A DNA stretch of 64,000 nt, from the NCBI GenBank assembly GCA_000091205.1, contig AP006498.2; one strand, 5' to 3'. Below the pieces are notes generated by a model. That model ran no database searches. It saw only the letters and a list, made by a program, of their open reading frames with translations, and had not been told where the DNA came from. A program made the position numbers and the translations under genes. How positions within the stretch are numbered: the stretch's first letter is position 1; every line of letters begins with the position of its first letter. Below, one piece after another: positions 9,357 to 20,966 of the stretch. The DNA is from Cyanidioschyzon merolae. Its lineage: Eukaryota.

Positions 9357-11402
9357 ACATGGTTTGAAGCGTGCAGAGAATCGCGGCAACGTGTTGACGC
9401 TGGTGCGTGCACGGCACTCGCATCAGATTCCAGTGGAACGTTGAACTGCTCGTTCTGTTCCTGAATCTCTTTTTTTTGTATATTTAGTCTTTATTTTCAA
9501 TGCGCAGCAATAAAGGCTTACGGATTCACGGGTAATTTTTGGGTGCTCGGTTTTCGTTTTTGCGTAGCTCATTCGAATCTCACGTCGATGGCCTGCGTTG
9601 CGTCACTGGAATCCAGCGCATTCGCGACGCCCTCAAGCGGCGGTTCCGCGCCTAACACATATCATCACCATCATCATCCAGTTCCTATGGGTAAGCTTGG
9701 ACGCTTCTGATTTGCTTATGTGTAGCATGCGCACATCATGTATGCTGCATGTTTTCCATCATTCTGTTTCATGGCGACTCGTAGGTGCAGTAACTCGCAT
9801 CGCTAATTTGATGGGATATAAACGCGACGTCGTTTCTTGATGACTTGTTCACAAGCTCAAGTCGGAGGTCCACTAAAGTCGTCACATAAAATAAACGTTT
9901 TTCAAAGAAACAAAGTCTCCGCTCTCTACCGCCATCGGCCAAACGTTATTCGTGAGCACCTTGATGCCCTTTGAGTTATGCTCTGAGAGACTCGTATCCC
10001 TTCCATTCGGACGAAAGAGGCTCTTGCATTGGGAACTGAGTCATCGCAGCGATCGCTTCTCGTGGGGAATGCGTCATCGCTTTGCAGGACGGGGCACGAG
10101 ACGGATCGAAATTGCTCGGACGCTGCTCCATTTTAGATTTCGCTTCAAGTACTTGCTCCATCATAGGCAATATCGCTTTTCAGAAATCCTCCATGGAATG
10201 GGACAGCGTTCGTTTGGACGCGCAACGCAAAGCGTACTCGTCAATGGGATCGCCGAGAACAAGCCCGCGACCAAAGGGTACGGCACCGATCGTGGAAACG
10301 GAGGAACAGCACCGCGGCCAGCCTTGTGTACCCGTCAACAGCACGCATCGGTCGAGGAAGCAAGTCTTCACGTGCATCAGAGCGGTGCTCGGATGACGAG
10401 AAGAAAGGATTGTAGCCGACGTCTGAGAACATCTGATCGCAGCCAAGTGGCACCGATGCGAGCGGCGCATGACGGCTGTATTCAAAGAATATGAAACTGG
10501 CGAGCGGAGTGCAGATTGCAACCACAGTCTGTGCATGAAATGCTTGAACAGTTGTCGAAAGCAGCAATACCTGGAGTGGAACGCTGATATCAGCATCATT
10601 CGGCTGTAGGCAACGAAGTTGAAGGGCATGGGGAGCCCCGCGTATTTAAAGTCTGAAACCTGGACGACGAAAAGGTACAAGTGGCACGAAAATCTCGCAA
10701 AAGAAATCCATGGAGGAACAGTGGGGCATTTCGCGTTTGTTCGCTTTTTGATCGTACGTAAGTGTGGAAACCCAACCGCCTTGCCGACAACTACGTAGTC
10801 GCGATACGCCGTCAACTGTAAACGGGCCAACGGTATTGAAACGGAGTCTGCTGATAACGAGTACCGCAGCCGTCCTCAACACGCTCAGACGCTCCCAGGA
10901 CTGACCCGAGAGGCGCCCCAGCGATGCCGCGCTCAGGGTTTGTAGTGCCGAACATCGCACGGGCGCCGAACAAGCCTTTACCAGTTTAGACGATTTTCGC
11001 CACTGTATGTCCATTCGATGAATTTTCACAACATCTCTGACCTGATATAAGCCTCCAAATAAAACAACTCGACACTAGTGGCGACAACGGATGGCACCAA
11101 CTAACCATATCCTCTATATGGACTGGAGCTCAGCAAAGTTATCGCTCCGAAATACACCTCTCCAATAGCTAAGATAAAGCATTTCTACCTAGCCTATAGC
11201 ATTCCCCAACGAGTACGTGTCCTACTGGTGTCCGAAGAGCTCCCAAATACCTGGCTTCGTACTAGATGCTCTGGCTTCTGCTTCGGATTCGCAGACTCGC
11301 CGATCGTTGCCGAGCCTGTGGGGCCTCCGGTCGATGCCATCGAAAAGAAATTTCGATTCGCTTCCTCGGTAGCGTATTGCCACTTTTCGAGAAACGCTTT
11401 GC

Positions 11403-12437
11403 ATGGCGCTCGCTGGACAGGGAGACCCTCGCTGGATTGTGCAAGATCTTGGGAAGCAGGGTAAAAATGTCGGCAACTGGCACTGGACTGAGCGAGATAT
11501 CAGTGTTTGGGCGATGGAGCGACTGCGTTCTCTGCTTCAGGAGGATCCGATCGGTGAACTGCGACTCGCAGACGACACTGTTCAGGTGCAAGTCACGGGC
11601 TCTCCAAGCGTGCACGGGGACTGTGCCCTTTACAACCGCAAGGGCAAACTGCGAAGCGTGTATGACTTGAAAGTTCAGGCGGACTGGGAGGCACGATCTC
11701 TGGCGACGAACGCAGTTTGCGGGAAAGGCACGATCGAGGCGGAGCTCTTCGACACCGACCCTGACGTCACGATAACCCCAACAGGTACGTGGGAACACAG
11801 CGCTCAACTGGTTTCATTTTTAACGCTCGACGGGAAGTCTTGGTTGCACCGGGTTCTCGAGCGCTTCCAGGCTGAGGCGCTGCAACTAGGGACCGGAGAC
11901 ACCGGGTCGACAGTTGCTGGCCAGTCGCAGGCAGCTGAGGCGGTGAAAAATGCAAACAAAGACCACGCAGGGAATACCGCTGCGACGTCGGGTGTGCAGC
12001 AGCCGGAGCAAAGCACGCAATCCACGTGGACAAGCCTTCACATGGAGGAACGCTTTAGGGCACCGCCCAGCGTGGTCTTTCGAGCACTCACCGCTGTGGA
12101 GGAGCTGCAGCGAATCACGCAAGCGCCTGCAACCAGCGATACGACAAGCTCAAACGGAACATTCTCTCTTTACGCCGGTCAGGTTCATGGTAGCTATACG
12201 AAATTGCAGGAGCCAGAGCTTATCGAGCAACGATGGCGTATGGCCGACTGGGTGCCTCGCGATCACTACTCTCGGGTGCAAATGCGTCTCAAAGCCGTCT
12301 CCGACGATGAGACGCTCCTTGTCTTGCAACAAGATCAGATACCCGAGGAATATCTCGAACGGACCCAAGTTGGCTGGAGAGAACGTATCTTTGCGCAGCT
12401 GCGCCTGATGTACAATCTCGGTAGTGCCTATGTGTAG
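11403..12437 (+). CDS. AHA1: Activator of Hsp90 ATPase (Aha1/AHSA1 family): Aha1_N domain plus a C-terminal AHSA1/Bet v1-like domain
   Basis: ATG at 11403. N-terminus 'GDPRWIVQDLGKQGKNVGNWHWTERDISVWAMERLRSLL' matches human AHSA1 ('GDPRWIVEERADATNVNNWHWTERDASNWSTDKLKTLF') almost motif-for-motif. 344 aa, close to the human protein (338 aa). Confidence 0.9.
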   Translation: MALAGQGDPRWIVQDLGKQGKNVGNWHWTERDISVWAMERLRSLLQEDPIGELRLADDTVQVQVTGSPSVHGDCALYNRKGKLRSVYDLKVQADWEARSLATNAVCGKGTIEAELFDTDPDVTITPTGTWEHSAQLVSFLTLDGKSWLHRVLERFQAEALQLGTGDTGSTVAGQSQAAEAVKNANKDHAGNTAATSGVQQPEQSTQSTWTSLHMEERFRAPPSVVFRALTAVEELQRITQAPATSDTTSSNGTFSLYAGQVHGSYTKLQEPELIEQRWRMADWVPRDHYSRVQMRLKAVSDDETLLVLQQDQIPEEYLERTQVGWRERIFAQLRLMYNLGSAYV

Positions 12438-14319
12438 CGCTGGGCGTCGGTTACGGCCTCGTATGAGCGTCCGCATCGTTGATTCCACCGAGTGACTGCA
12501 ACAGAAGGTTTCGCTGAGGCACTGTGCTACTTGGTGCTCCACGAAATCAGTTTGCTGGGCGCATAGACTGGGAATGCCGCGCTTATTCGGGAAACATATC
12601 CTGACTTGTCTTCACGGTGCGGCGGAGAGCCTTTTGCACAGAGTCCTCGTAACCGGTCTTGAGTTTTTGGAGCGAGCGCCTCTAGAGACGATGTCTAACG
12701 CCGAGGGCGCGCATCCCCGGGCACCGTTTCATGGCAAAGTGCTTCATCTCATATGAAGTGCAGCGCTTTGAGCATTGATGTCCAAGAGGATACGCGTTCA
12801 GCGATTGGAGCGCGACACAGATCGAAGCCGCTTCCCCGCTGAGCCGCGTCGAGGAGCCAGCACAAGCGCAAACCAGTACGCACCTATAGAAACGCGGACA
12901 TTTAGGACAAAGCAGTGTTCTTGATGGGTCTTTTCTCACTCCAGGGAGAAGGCGTCGCTTGCAAACTACCGATCATCGCTTGCGTTCCTCTGCTAGAGCA
13001 GTTATACCGTTGCAGCCTCATGGAAAAGGGCCTTGCTTTATACTAGTCACGTTATGAAAAAACGAAACAAGATCCACGCAGTAATCGCAGGATTCAATCC
13101 GATGGTACGGAACATATTGGCCTTTGCGTTTCTCGAGCCATAAAGACGCTTGGTGCTCAGCGGAGATTCCATTTTCATGACCGCAAACGCTCATGAAATA
13201 TGCACACCTGTGCGACTTCCGCACGTTCCACACGCGTCGAGACCTGGCCACCAGGTCTCTCCAGCGCAGCATCAACTGTCTCCGGTCTGACAGGGCACGA
13301 CTGCTCCACGGCGATATGTTCGCGAGCAGGACTGCCTGCTCACCGGTTGTTCGCTGCCTCCGACTCGTTTCATCGAAAAGAATACTGTACCGAAAACGAC
13401 AGAGCCAAACGCTCAGTTGCTTGGAAACGCTGGCCTCATAGCGTTGTTGACCGATATGCCTCGGGGTATCCGCTCTGTGCAAATATTCTGACCGCGATCC
13501 TGGAAACAAACTTCATGGAGGTTCACGAAGTGCGTCTTACGCTTTCAGAACACACACAGGCGTCCGATGCGTGCTCCTTGTCTGAGACGTTCGCCGAAGT
13601 CGCGGCTTAATTGGCGTGCACTGCGCGTCAGCACCAGGTTCGGGTGTGGACCTTATCCTAACCGCAGAATGCCCCAGACCTGAGACCGTTTCGAGGCTTG
13701 CGTACTAAAAATCGACTCGACAAGCGATGTAGGCTTCCTAAATGCCTTCGAATTTGCGTGAGATTGCTTCTTTATTTTGCTGGATCTCGAAAGTTAGCCG
13801 ATTCATGGCACCAGGAGGCCAGACAAGAACCAGCACCCTTCTCACGTCAGGTGGCCTCGTCGTTCCGCGAGTCGGCCTCACTGCAACCCTCAAAGCCTAC
13901 TAGAACTCCTGGACACGAACAAGGACCCCTTCCTACACACGCTTGCCGAGTCGTTCTCGTTACGTCCCCGCTGCAACACCCTAGTCACCAGGAGCATCGC
14001 TTGACGCGAACGAAACAACACCGAGGAAGCGGTGCGCAGCACATCGGTAGAGCGCCATTCGGAAACGTAGGTTTAGGGGCCAGAGTTGCTTCGCGCTTCA
14101 GACCTGCAAGTCGAGGGCCGGTGGACCTATACACCCCGCGCACAAAGAATTTCGTATTGGGGTTACACAAAGGCACCGCGACTCACGTCGAGCTAGGCGT
14201 GTGTGTCCATGCTGCTCGTCAGCGTTTAACGGAGAGGTACGGCGAAGTTCCTGCTCACTGCCCGGTGCGCTAGCGTCCGTTGCTCGACGAGAGGCGGCAG
14301 CATAGCTCAGGAGCTCAGT

Positions 14320-17022
14320 ATGAAGCTGAGAGACGCCCCAGAACGAGGCGAGACTATGAAGACAGAAGATGCGCGTTGGCAAACGACTTTTCTCGAGCTC
14401 GAAAACGCAGTACGTTACGTAAGTGGCTCGGAGCCTACTCCAGCTCCGTGCAACAGTACCGGCGTTTACGCTGACGTAGAGCTGTGGCTCGATCGAGAGC
14501 TTTTCGAGTCTCTCGCTGAGGGGAGAAACGCACCGCAGACACAACCGAGTGCAGCTGCACTGTCGGGGAACAGTACGCCTTCCCGGCAAACGCAACTGCG
14601 CTCCGTGCGACCGTATCCACTCTTGGATGCGTTCGTATCCGCAGGTATTAACCATGAACCCGATGGTACATTGATGCATGGATCCACGTCGCGTCGTGCT
14701 GGTGACCAGCACGTGCAGTCACGGAACGTCGCCGAGGGGCAGTTGCGACCTGCGATGCCCGAGCCGTCGCACCCTGTTCACAAGCGTCGTCGCACCGCAG
14801 TGGTCTTCCAGAGTCGCCACGAGATCTCTCAATACCTAGAAGCTGCCCTAGATGAACTAGAACGGGAAGCGGAGGATGGCGTCACAGCGGATGCCGATGC
14901 CACGGGAGGCAACGCCTCCAGCGATGTCGTAGCAGATGCATCCCATCTGGAGTCACCTAGAAAAGTTGGACGGGGAGCAGTTGCCGGAACGCGCGAGCAC
15001 AAAACCTTGTCAAGTACACGAACTCGACCCGAATCCATTGAGCAAGCGCTGCTTCGCATTTACGCAGAATTGAGACAACGAGTTCTCGCTCAAAAATACG
15101 AAACAATCGAGGCGTTTATCGCCGATTTTTCGCTGCTGCTCAGTGATATTGCACGCAGCAGCAAACCAGAGCATACCACATCACGAGTAGCGACACGTCG
15201 CAGAACAGACCTCATCCGTCAAAGGGTGGACAGCTTGCTTCAACCAGCAGAAATGAGCCGCATCATGGCGACCAGCTCCAGCGATCGACCTGCTTCTTCG
15301 GAGGAGCCGGCCATCCTGCCAGCACAACCCGATAAGATCAGCCAAGGACCTCTGCTTCCGTACTGGTACTGGTTACGTGAGCAACTCTCGCTTGACTTTG
15401 CATCCCGAGATGCACTCGGGCCGTGGAGTCTGGCGCTTGATGCAGTGGCGGCGGATCCAGAACATGTCATCCATCCCGAGTGCACCGCGAGCGCACAGGT
15501 GCCGGACCTGCGCGGCGCTGTGCGTCCACCGCTGGCTTCTGTGGAAGGCTATACCGGCTCACTGGCAGTGCAGACTGCAACGAAGGATGTGATCACTATA
15601 CCCAAAGTGTACGAACAGTGGTTGCATCGAATCTACCGCCTGCGGGAACAGAAAGAAGACCTGCAGCAACGCATGAATCGTTTCTACCAACTTGAAGCTA
15701 TGCTCCACGTAGCCGAACGCGACAAAGCTATTGGTGAACAACCAAATGCTCGATGCGCAGAGTTTGTGCGTTCTACACTGGAATCATCACACGTAAGCGA
15801 AAAGAATGCCGTGCGCTCGCAGCAGCTTGAGGCGTCCCAGGGAGCAGCGAACCCCGGAAACGCATCCCAGGAGAAACCCGCTCTGCAATTACATGCGCTG
15901 CGAGCTGCTGACTCAGAGGCGCGCCCCCAAACCAAGGCCATGAGCACTTCACCGAACGCCTCTGTAAGGCTGCCACGACTCGCTGCTGCATGGTCCATGC
16001 CGCTTTTCATTGAGACAGATCGTGAGCCCGACGAGCCGATGCGCTCCACTGCTGGTCTCCTCGGCGTTCCCGCTGCATCAGTGACCGAGTCAGTGCCGAC
16101 TGAAGCGGCTCCGCGACTAGATCAGCGTCCCCGCGGTTTGGTACAAGTCAGTCTGCCGCTTCCGCTGCAGGGCTTGCAGCGCGCAGTTGCGGCGGTCCTG
16201 GTGCTGAGCGGATTCACAGGTGCACATCGCTCCGCGCTCGAGTCGCTTACAGATGTTGTTGCGGAATTGATTGAAGGTCTTGGTCGACAGTTTAGCTGGA
16301 TTCGCTACCAGATGAAGCGTCCGCCAGCTGATCAGCAGTCGTCGTCAGCGGCATCGGCGGAAAGTGGCGCAAAAGCGGCCAGAGTACGCGAGCGAGTCGA
16401 CAAGGTGTCACGCGCGTGGTGGCAAGCACCGCGGGACTACCTCCACCAAAGTCGTTGTGCGTTGCCGGGAGCAGCGGTTGCTGACCCACTCCACTATTTC
16501 GTGTCGATCATTAGCCAGAGTGGTATCCAAGACGGCTTCCACGGCCTCATGCGATACAGTCAGCTGGAATTGCCCGCGCTGGAGCGAGGACTCGCCCAGG
16601 CCGAAGCGCTACTCAGCACAAAGATTGCGGAAACTGAGCACGCGCTGGAGCATCTTGCCCAGCGTATACCAGCGTTCGATGCCCCTGCGGGGCATCTCGA
16701 AGTAGAGAAAAAGACATTCCTGCCGCCTGCACTGCAGGACGGGAACGCGACGATACGCTCTGATGAGGAGCTCGATCCCGAATCGAATCCCCTGTTTCGG
16801 TATTTTGGAATTATCAACGAGTCTGTGACGCTTGATGTGTTGCAACTTGAATACCAGCGCACTGACGCGGTTGCAGTGCCGTATCCCCTTGCGCAGCGCG
16901 TTGTGACGGAGCTCGAAAAGACCCCTGTGCAGCCGGTTTCCGCTGGACACCCAGCTCGGCGCATCACCGTCGTAAGGGCAGCCAGTCGGCGACAGCTTCG
17001 TCCACATGAAGCCGTCTCGTGA
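14320..17022 (+). CDS. Hypothetical 900-aa protein with no recognisable domain; low-complexity and largely acidic or serine-rich
   Basis: A continuous 2.7-kb ORF starting at ATG 14320 in a gene-dense region with similar base composition. No motif identified by eye. Confidence 0.55.
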   Translation: MKLRDAPERGETMKTEDARWQTTFLELENAVRYVSGSEPTPAPCNSTGVYADVELWLDRELFESLAEGRNAPQTQPSAAALSGNSTPSRQTQLRSVRPYPLLDAFVSAGINHEPDGTLMHGSTSRRAGDQHVQSRNVAEGQLRPAMPEPSHPVHKRRRTAVVFQSRHEISQYLEAALDELEREAEDGVTADADATGGNASSDVVADASHLESPRKVGRGAVAGTREHKTLSSTRTRPESIEQALLRIYAELRQRVLAQKYETIEAFIADFSLLLSDIARSSKPEHTTSRVATRRRTDLIRQRVDSLLQPAEMSRIMATSSSDRPASSEEPAILPAQPDKISQGPLLPYWYWLREQLSLDFASRDALGPWSLALDAVAADPEHVIHPECTASAQVPDLRGAVRPPLASVEGYTGSLAVQTATKDVITIPKVYEQWLHRIYRLREQKEDLQQRMNRFYQLEAMLHVAERDKAIGEQPNARCAEFVRSTLESSHVSEKNAVRSQQLEASQGAANPGNASQEKPALQLHALRAADSEARPQTKAMSTSPNASVRLPRLAAAWSMPLFIETDREPDEPMRSTAGLLGVPAASVTESVPTEAAPRLDQRPRGLVQVSLPLPLQGLQRAVAAVLVLSGFTGAHRSALESLTDVVAELIEGLGRQFSWIRYQMKRPPADQQSSSAASAESGAKAARVRERVDKVSRAWWQAPRDYLHQSRCALPGAAVADPLHYFVSIISQSGIQDGFHGLMRYSQLELPALERGLAQAEALLSTKIAETEHALEHLAQRIPAFDAPAGHLEVEKKTFLPPALQDGNATIRSDEELDPESNPLFRYFGIINESVTLDVLQLEYQRTDAVAVPYPLAQRVVTELEKTPVQPVSAGHPARRITVVRAASRRQLRPHEAVS

Positions 17023-17428
17023 CGCGCACCGGGCAGCGCTACGCCACAGTGCAGCTGCGAAGATACCTTGCTTCGCTGGGGCGGCAGCACCAGCAAAGCG
17101 TCAGAGCTCGATCACGACGATCTGCGCGTCAACAAGCTTAGCGTCGCACGTTCGTCTAGACTTTGGAAACGAATCCGGATCATACGCATATGCTGGACGC
17201 TGTTCACGCTAGAACTAGGCTCAGAATACCGCTCTTGGGCATTGAACTGATCAAGTTAGCGGTTTAGTGTGCACCTCTAGTACCGCTACGCGCTCTACAT
17301 AGCAAACAGCGATCACGGTAGACACCGCTCGCTACACGTCGGATCCCGTGCAACGCATGAGTTGTGCTGCCACTCAACGACGGCCTTTGGGCACCAGCGC
17401 AACACCCGTACTGGTAATCGACGATCCA

Positions 17429-19231
17429 TTAGTGCCCAGGCATCTCGTCAAATGGAATAAAGTGGCGAACCGTGTCGCTCGGCTCCACAGCGTTGCACAG
17501 CAGGCGGTTCCGCTGACCCACCCCGTGGACGCAGTCCAGCTGCCAACCTCGCGAAGCTGCTTCACGAAAGAAGTCCTCGGTCAGCTCCAGTCTGCTGAAG
17601 AGAAGCGCATCTCGCTCGGTGGCCTGCGGCTGCCTCACCAGGAAGATCGCGGCAATGAGCGCGCGTAGGGCTTCACGCGCACCGGCTCCGGTTTTCATCA
17701 CAAAACCGACTTGTTCCTTGGACTGCGCGGGATGCTGGCGTCGACAACGCCCAACGACAAATGCTTCCGTCTCAAAAACACGCAGGAGCGTTCCTACATC
17801 TGATGCAGACTCGCTGAACCAGTGCATGCGCACATCTGGAACGACCTGAGGTACCGTCGACCAGTGACTTTGCCAGTGCAGGAAGCGCTCTCGCTGGGCA
17901 ACCTCCTCCGGACTAAGGACAAGTAACGTCTTCATGGTGCCGTTTTCACGGACATTCGACACGTATTCTTGCTTGCGTATGGGCCTGATGGCTTCGCTCG
18001 CTGTCGCTGCGGCGGCTAGACGACTTGCGACGTACGCGTCGACGAGCAGCACTGCACGCTGCAAGTTCAGCAGGGGTAAGACGAGTACCCGCATCGACTG
18101 GATCCGACTGTACATCTGTCCGGCAACGACAATTCCGAAGATTGCCCATGTCCAGAAGAGATTATTCTCTGCGAAACCGCGATAAAGAGAGAGTCCGATG
18201 GACATACCCAGGAGTTCCGCGGCAATCGACTGGGCATCGCCCTTCGCGGTGACATCACCGATATTCGACCGCGTCGCAACGGTCCGGTAGATGGTGCTCC
18301 GTGTGGAATTGAAAACGACATGTGCCATACCCTTGAGCGCATAGGCACCCGAAGCCAGACCGATAAACGAATCCGGGAAGCTCCGTGATACCAGTTCGAG
18401 GCCGGTTCCGAGATGCCAGAGCACATCCGCCAGGACGCGCAACCGTTTGAGGTCTCCATCAAAGCGATGGGCATATCGAGAGCCAAATGCAAGTCGAACA
18501 AGATGCCCAACACCGTCTTTGAGGATCCACGAGGTTACCGCGGAGGCACTCGCAGCAGTCGGTAGGTGTTCCAGTGCTGGGTCTCGGGTCAGCGCTGTGC
18601 TCGCTGCACGAGACGGGTCAGCGACCACCCCTGCCGATACCAGCAACGCGGTGGTGCCCAGCACGCTATTACAGGCCGTGAGCGTATTATGCAGAAAGTG
18701 CCAAAACGCATACGGTGCATAGCTAGCGGTAACGGAGTGCGGATAGTTCGTAGGCAAAAACACCGATGCAAGCAGTCGTTGAAGCGGCTCCGTGCTGAAC
18801 TGGAGGCCGTGCCTCACTTGCGGGCCAGAAATCTGGCGTTGAACGCTCAGCTTTCCTTCGTAATCACAATAAGTTTCAATGCGTCGACGACTAGTACCGC
18901 TCCACTGTTGCACAAGCACCCGTTTTTCCGGCAGTGCGTCAGTGTTTTCGGTTCGTTCTGACAGACCCGACGCTGCTGTTGACTCGGGCTCTGAACCTCG
19001 CGCTTGCAGCACAAGTGTTCGAGTGCGACTGTATGCTGGTTGCGAGCGACTCGCAGTGGGGCGTCGGCACCTCCGCGCCGTGCCCAAGTGGCTACCTCTC
19101 TGCGTGAACGCCTGCCACGGGGTAAGCCAAGGCAAACGCGTCCCGAAAGCGAACGTGCACCAGCGTGTTCCTCTATGAGGAACTCGTGAAGCATTCCAAG
19201 CCACCTGGTTTCCGGTTTTGCTTCTTTTCAT
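17429..19231 (-). CDS. DUF647 / RUS (ROOT UV-B SENSITIVE; C16orf58-like) family membrane protein
   Basis: ATG at 19231. 'VFLPTNYPHSVTASYAPYAFWHFLHNTLTACNSVLGTTALL...WILKDGVGHLVRLAFGSRYAHRFDGDLKRLRVLADVLWHLGTGLEL...ATRSNIGDVTAKGDAQSIAAELLGMSIGL' follows the DUF647 consensus ('vFLPeGYPdSV...yYWd......WvlkDGlG..g.i.f...yG..fD.d.K.wRl.AD.L.d.g..LEL...ATRaal...FA...NlaDvsAKdesQe...nLlG...G'). Confidence 0.85.
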   Translation of the reverse strand: MKRSKTGNQVAWNASRVPHRGTRWCTFAFGTRLPWLTPWQAFTQRGSHLGTARRCRRPTASRSQPAYSRTRTLVLQARGSEPESTAASGLSERTENTDALPEKRVLVQQWSGTSRRRIETYCDYEGKLSVQRQISGPQVRHGLQFSTEPLQRLLASVFLPTNYPHSVTASYAPYAFWHFLHNTLTACNSVLGTTALLVSAGVVADPSRAASTALTRDPALEHLPTAASASAVTSWILKDGVGHLVRLAFGSRYAHRFDGDLKRLRVLADVLWHLGTGLELVSRSFPDSFIGLASGAYALKGMAHVVFNSTRSTIYRTVATRSNIGDVTAKGDAQSIAAELLGMSIGLSLYRGFAENNLFWTWAIFGIVVAGQMYSRIQSMRVLVLPLLNLQRAVLLVDAYVASRLAAAATASEAIRPIRKQEYVSNVRENGTMKTLLVLSPEEVAQRERFLHWQSHWSTVPQVVPDVRMHWFSESASDVGTLLRVFETEAFVVGRCRRQHPAQSKEQVGFVMKTGAGAREALRALIAAIFLVRQPQATERDALLFSRLELTEDFFREAASRGWQLDCVHGVGQRNRLLCNAVEPSDTVRHFIPFDEMPGH

Positions 19232-20966
19232 TTCGTTACCTCGAACAAGTCATCTGGAACAGTCACGTGTGCAGGCACTGCATGCTGGGGCACAAACGTT
19301 TTCACCCGCGAACCCAGCGCGAAAACGTACGAAATAGCTTCGCGTCGATTTGTTTCTCATTGACAAAACGTTTACGTTTGCCAGCGTTCTTCGATATTGC
19401 GCTTTTTTCTGTTCTTTTTTTCCTTATTTTTGTGTTTTTGTAGTGCGCGGTGACGCGTCGAATGCAGCACTTCGTTTGCTGCTGCGCACAAGACGACAAA
19501 AGGTACAACACTGGTCGATCAGGTCGTTTGCTAGGAGCATTTGAGGTTTTTGTCTTCGTGTTGCTCGTAGAACGATAGGCGGTGCCACCGGGCTCACGCA
19601 AGTCACAGGAAAGGATGCCAGGGGGATTCGTACGTTGCTGTGGATTGAAGTAGAACAAAACAGACCACCAAGGTTGCTCGGGTAACCTCTCAATACTCTG
19701 GGAGGTTTGCGGCCTGACTCAGTTGCTTGTGCTGCTCGCTACACGTATACGGTTGGTGCTCGAGTCGAGCAGGTAACCTCGAGGACTGTAGCAGCGTTCA
19801 TGTGTGGACCACAGCTGCGATATTCCACAGATACGGACGCAAGCATGCACGTATTGCAAGGATTTGGCTGGGAGATCTACTTCGAGGATTCTCCAAAGAG
19901 AAAGCCTTGTGAACTGTTTGGAGTGCGCGTTTCGGTCACGAACGACATCCTGCCAGCGAACTTGCCCAGCATAACGGAACGCTCGCTCCGAGGCACTCCC
20001 AGCTGACGACGAAGCGGGGTGCTGTGAGAATCGAGTGCATCGTGCAAGTGCATATTGCTCGCTGGTCCACAGTCAACGCTCAGGGCAATATGACACATGT
20101 TAACGAAGCCGGCTTCTACATCCACGTCTGTGGACCGCTTTGGAGTCCTGGGTCCGCATCCAGACCCTTGAACGGCTGTAGTATTCGGTGGGAGATTCTC
20201 GCTTCTTGCTGTTCGTCCTTTTCATCATTTCCTGGTCAAGACAACCGCTCTTGTTGGTGCTGTTGAAGAGACGGTACTACGCTTCGTGAGGATGGTTGCA
20301 GCAAGCACTCCATCGTTTGCCTGTAACTGCGTTTTCGGCATAGCGACGATGGCCCCTAAAACAATGCTGTCTTAACAGCGCTTGTTGTTGAATGGTGTAT
20401 GCACGCTTGCAAAGCGTCAAAGCAGGACCACGCGCTTCCTTCTCAAGCAGCATCCTCGCGAAAGACATCCAGTGCTCAGCGCGCAGTGTTGCCACCTGCG
20501 TCGGCCGTGAGACACATGAGCCGCCAGCTCGCGGAAACGCATAGCATAACTCGGACGCGTTCCTTGTTCGGCCTCGCAACCAGTACTCTGGTACGACATC
20601 GTTTTTCGTGCACTGTAATGATGCCCCCGGATCCACCAGCGAAACCTCAAGGAATATCTACCTGTTTACACGAACAATGTACAGAGCCGGAGAGAGGCGA
20701 GCCCAGCACCTCGCTACGCCCCCAGTACCGCGACAGCCTCGCCCGCAGTCAGATGCTGCACGCTCCATCGGACACAATGACGAATCACTGTATATGTTTC
20801 AGCACCAGAAACCGAAGCGATAGCTGAGCTCGCCAAATCGATGCACAAATGTGCCCTGCACGTAAGAGGCTCGGCAACCTCGATGAAAAACACGGCCTTG
20901 GAGCACCAGATGATACCGCGTTCGCCGAGCGAAGCGCTCTGCCAGGCGCTGTGTTCGATGTCGCCT

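Noticed and set aside
9952-10170. Possible third, degenerate copy of repeat family A (shared ~45-bp block gagycatcgcagcgatcgcttc...; ORF peptides share PREAIAAM.Q)
   Set aside because: Similarity is ~80% over only ~45 bp, with no flanking co-linearity. That is too short to call a repeat copy.
10180-11029. Overlapping minus-strand ORFs 10180..10830 (216 aa) and 10646..11029 (127 aa) as a gene between the tRNA and AHA1
   Set aside because: The two frames overlap each other, and neither has a recognisable motif or a convincing start. They may hide a real gene or a frameshift, but I cannot support a call from sequence alone. The same applies to 13018..13509(-), 13698..14273(+), 24632..24946(-) and 25036..25344(+).
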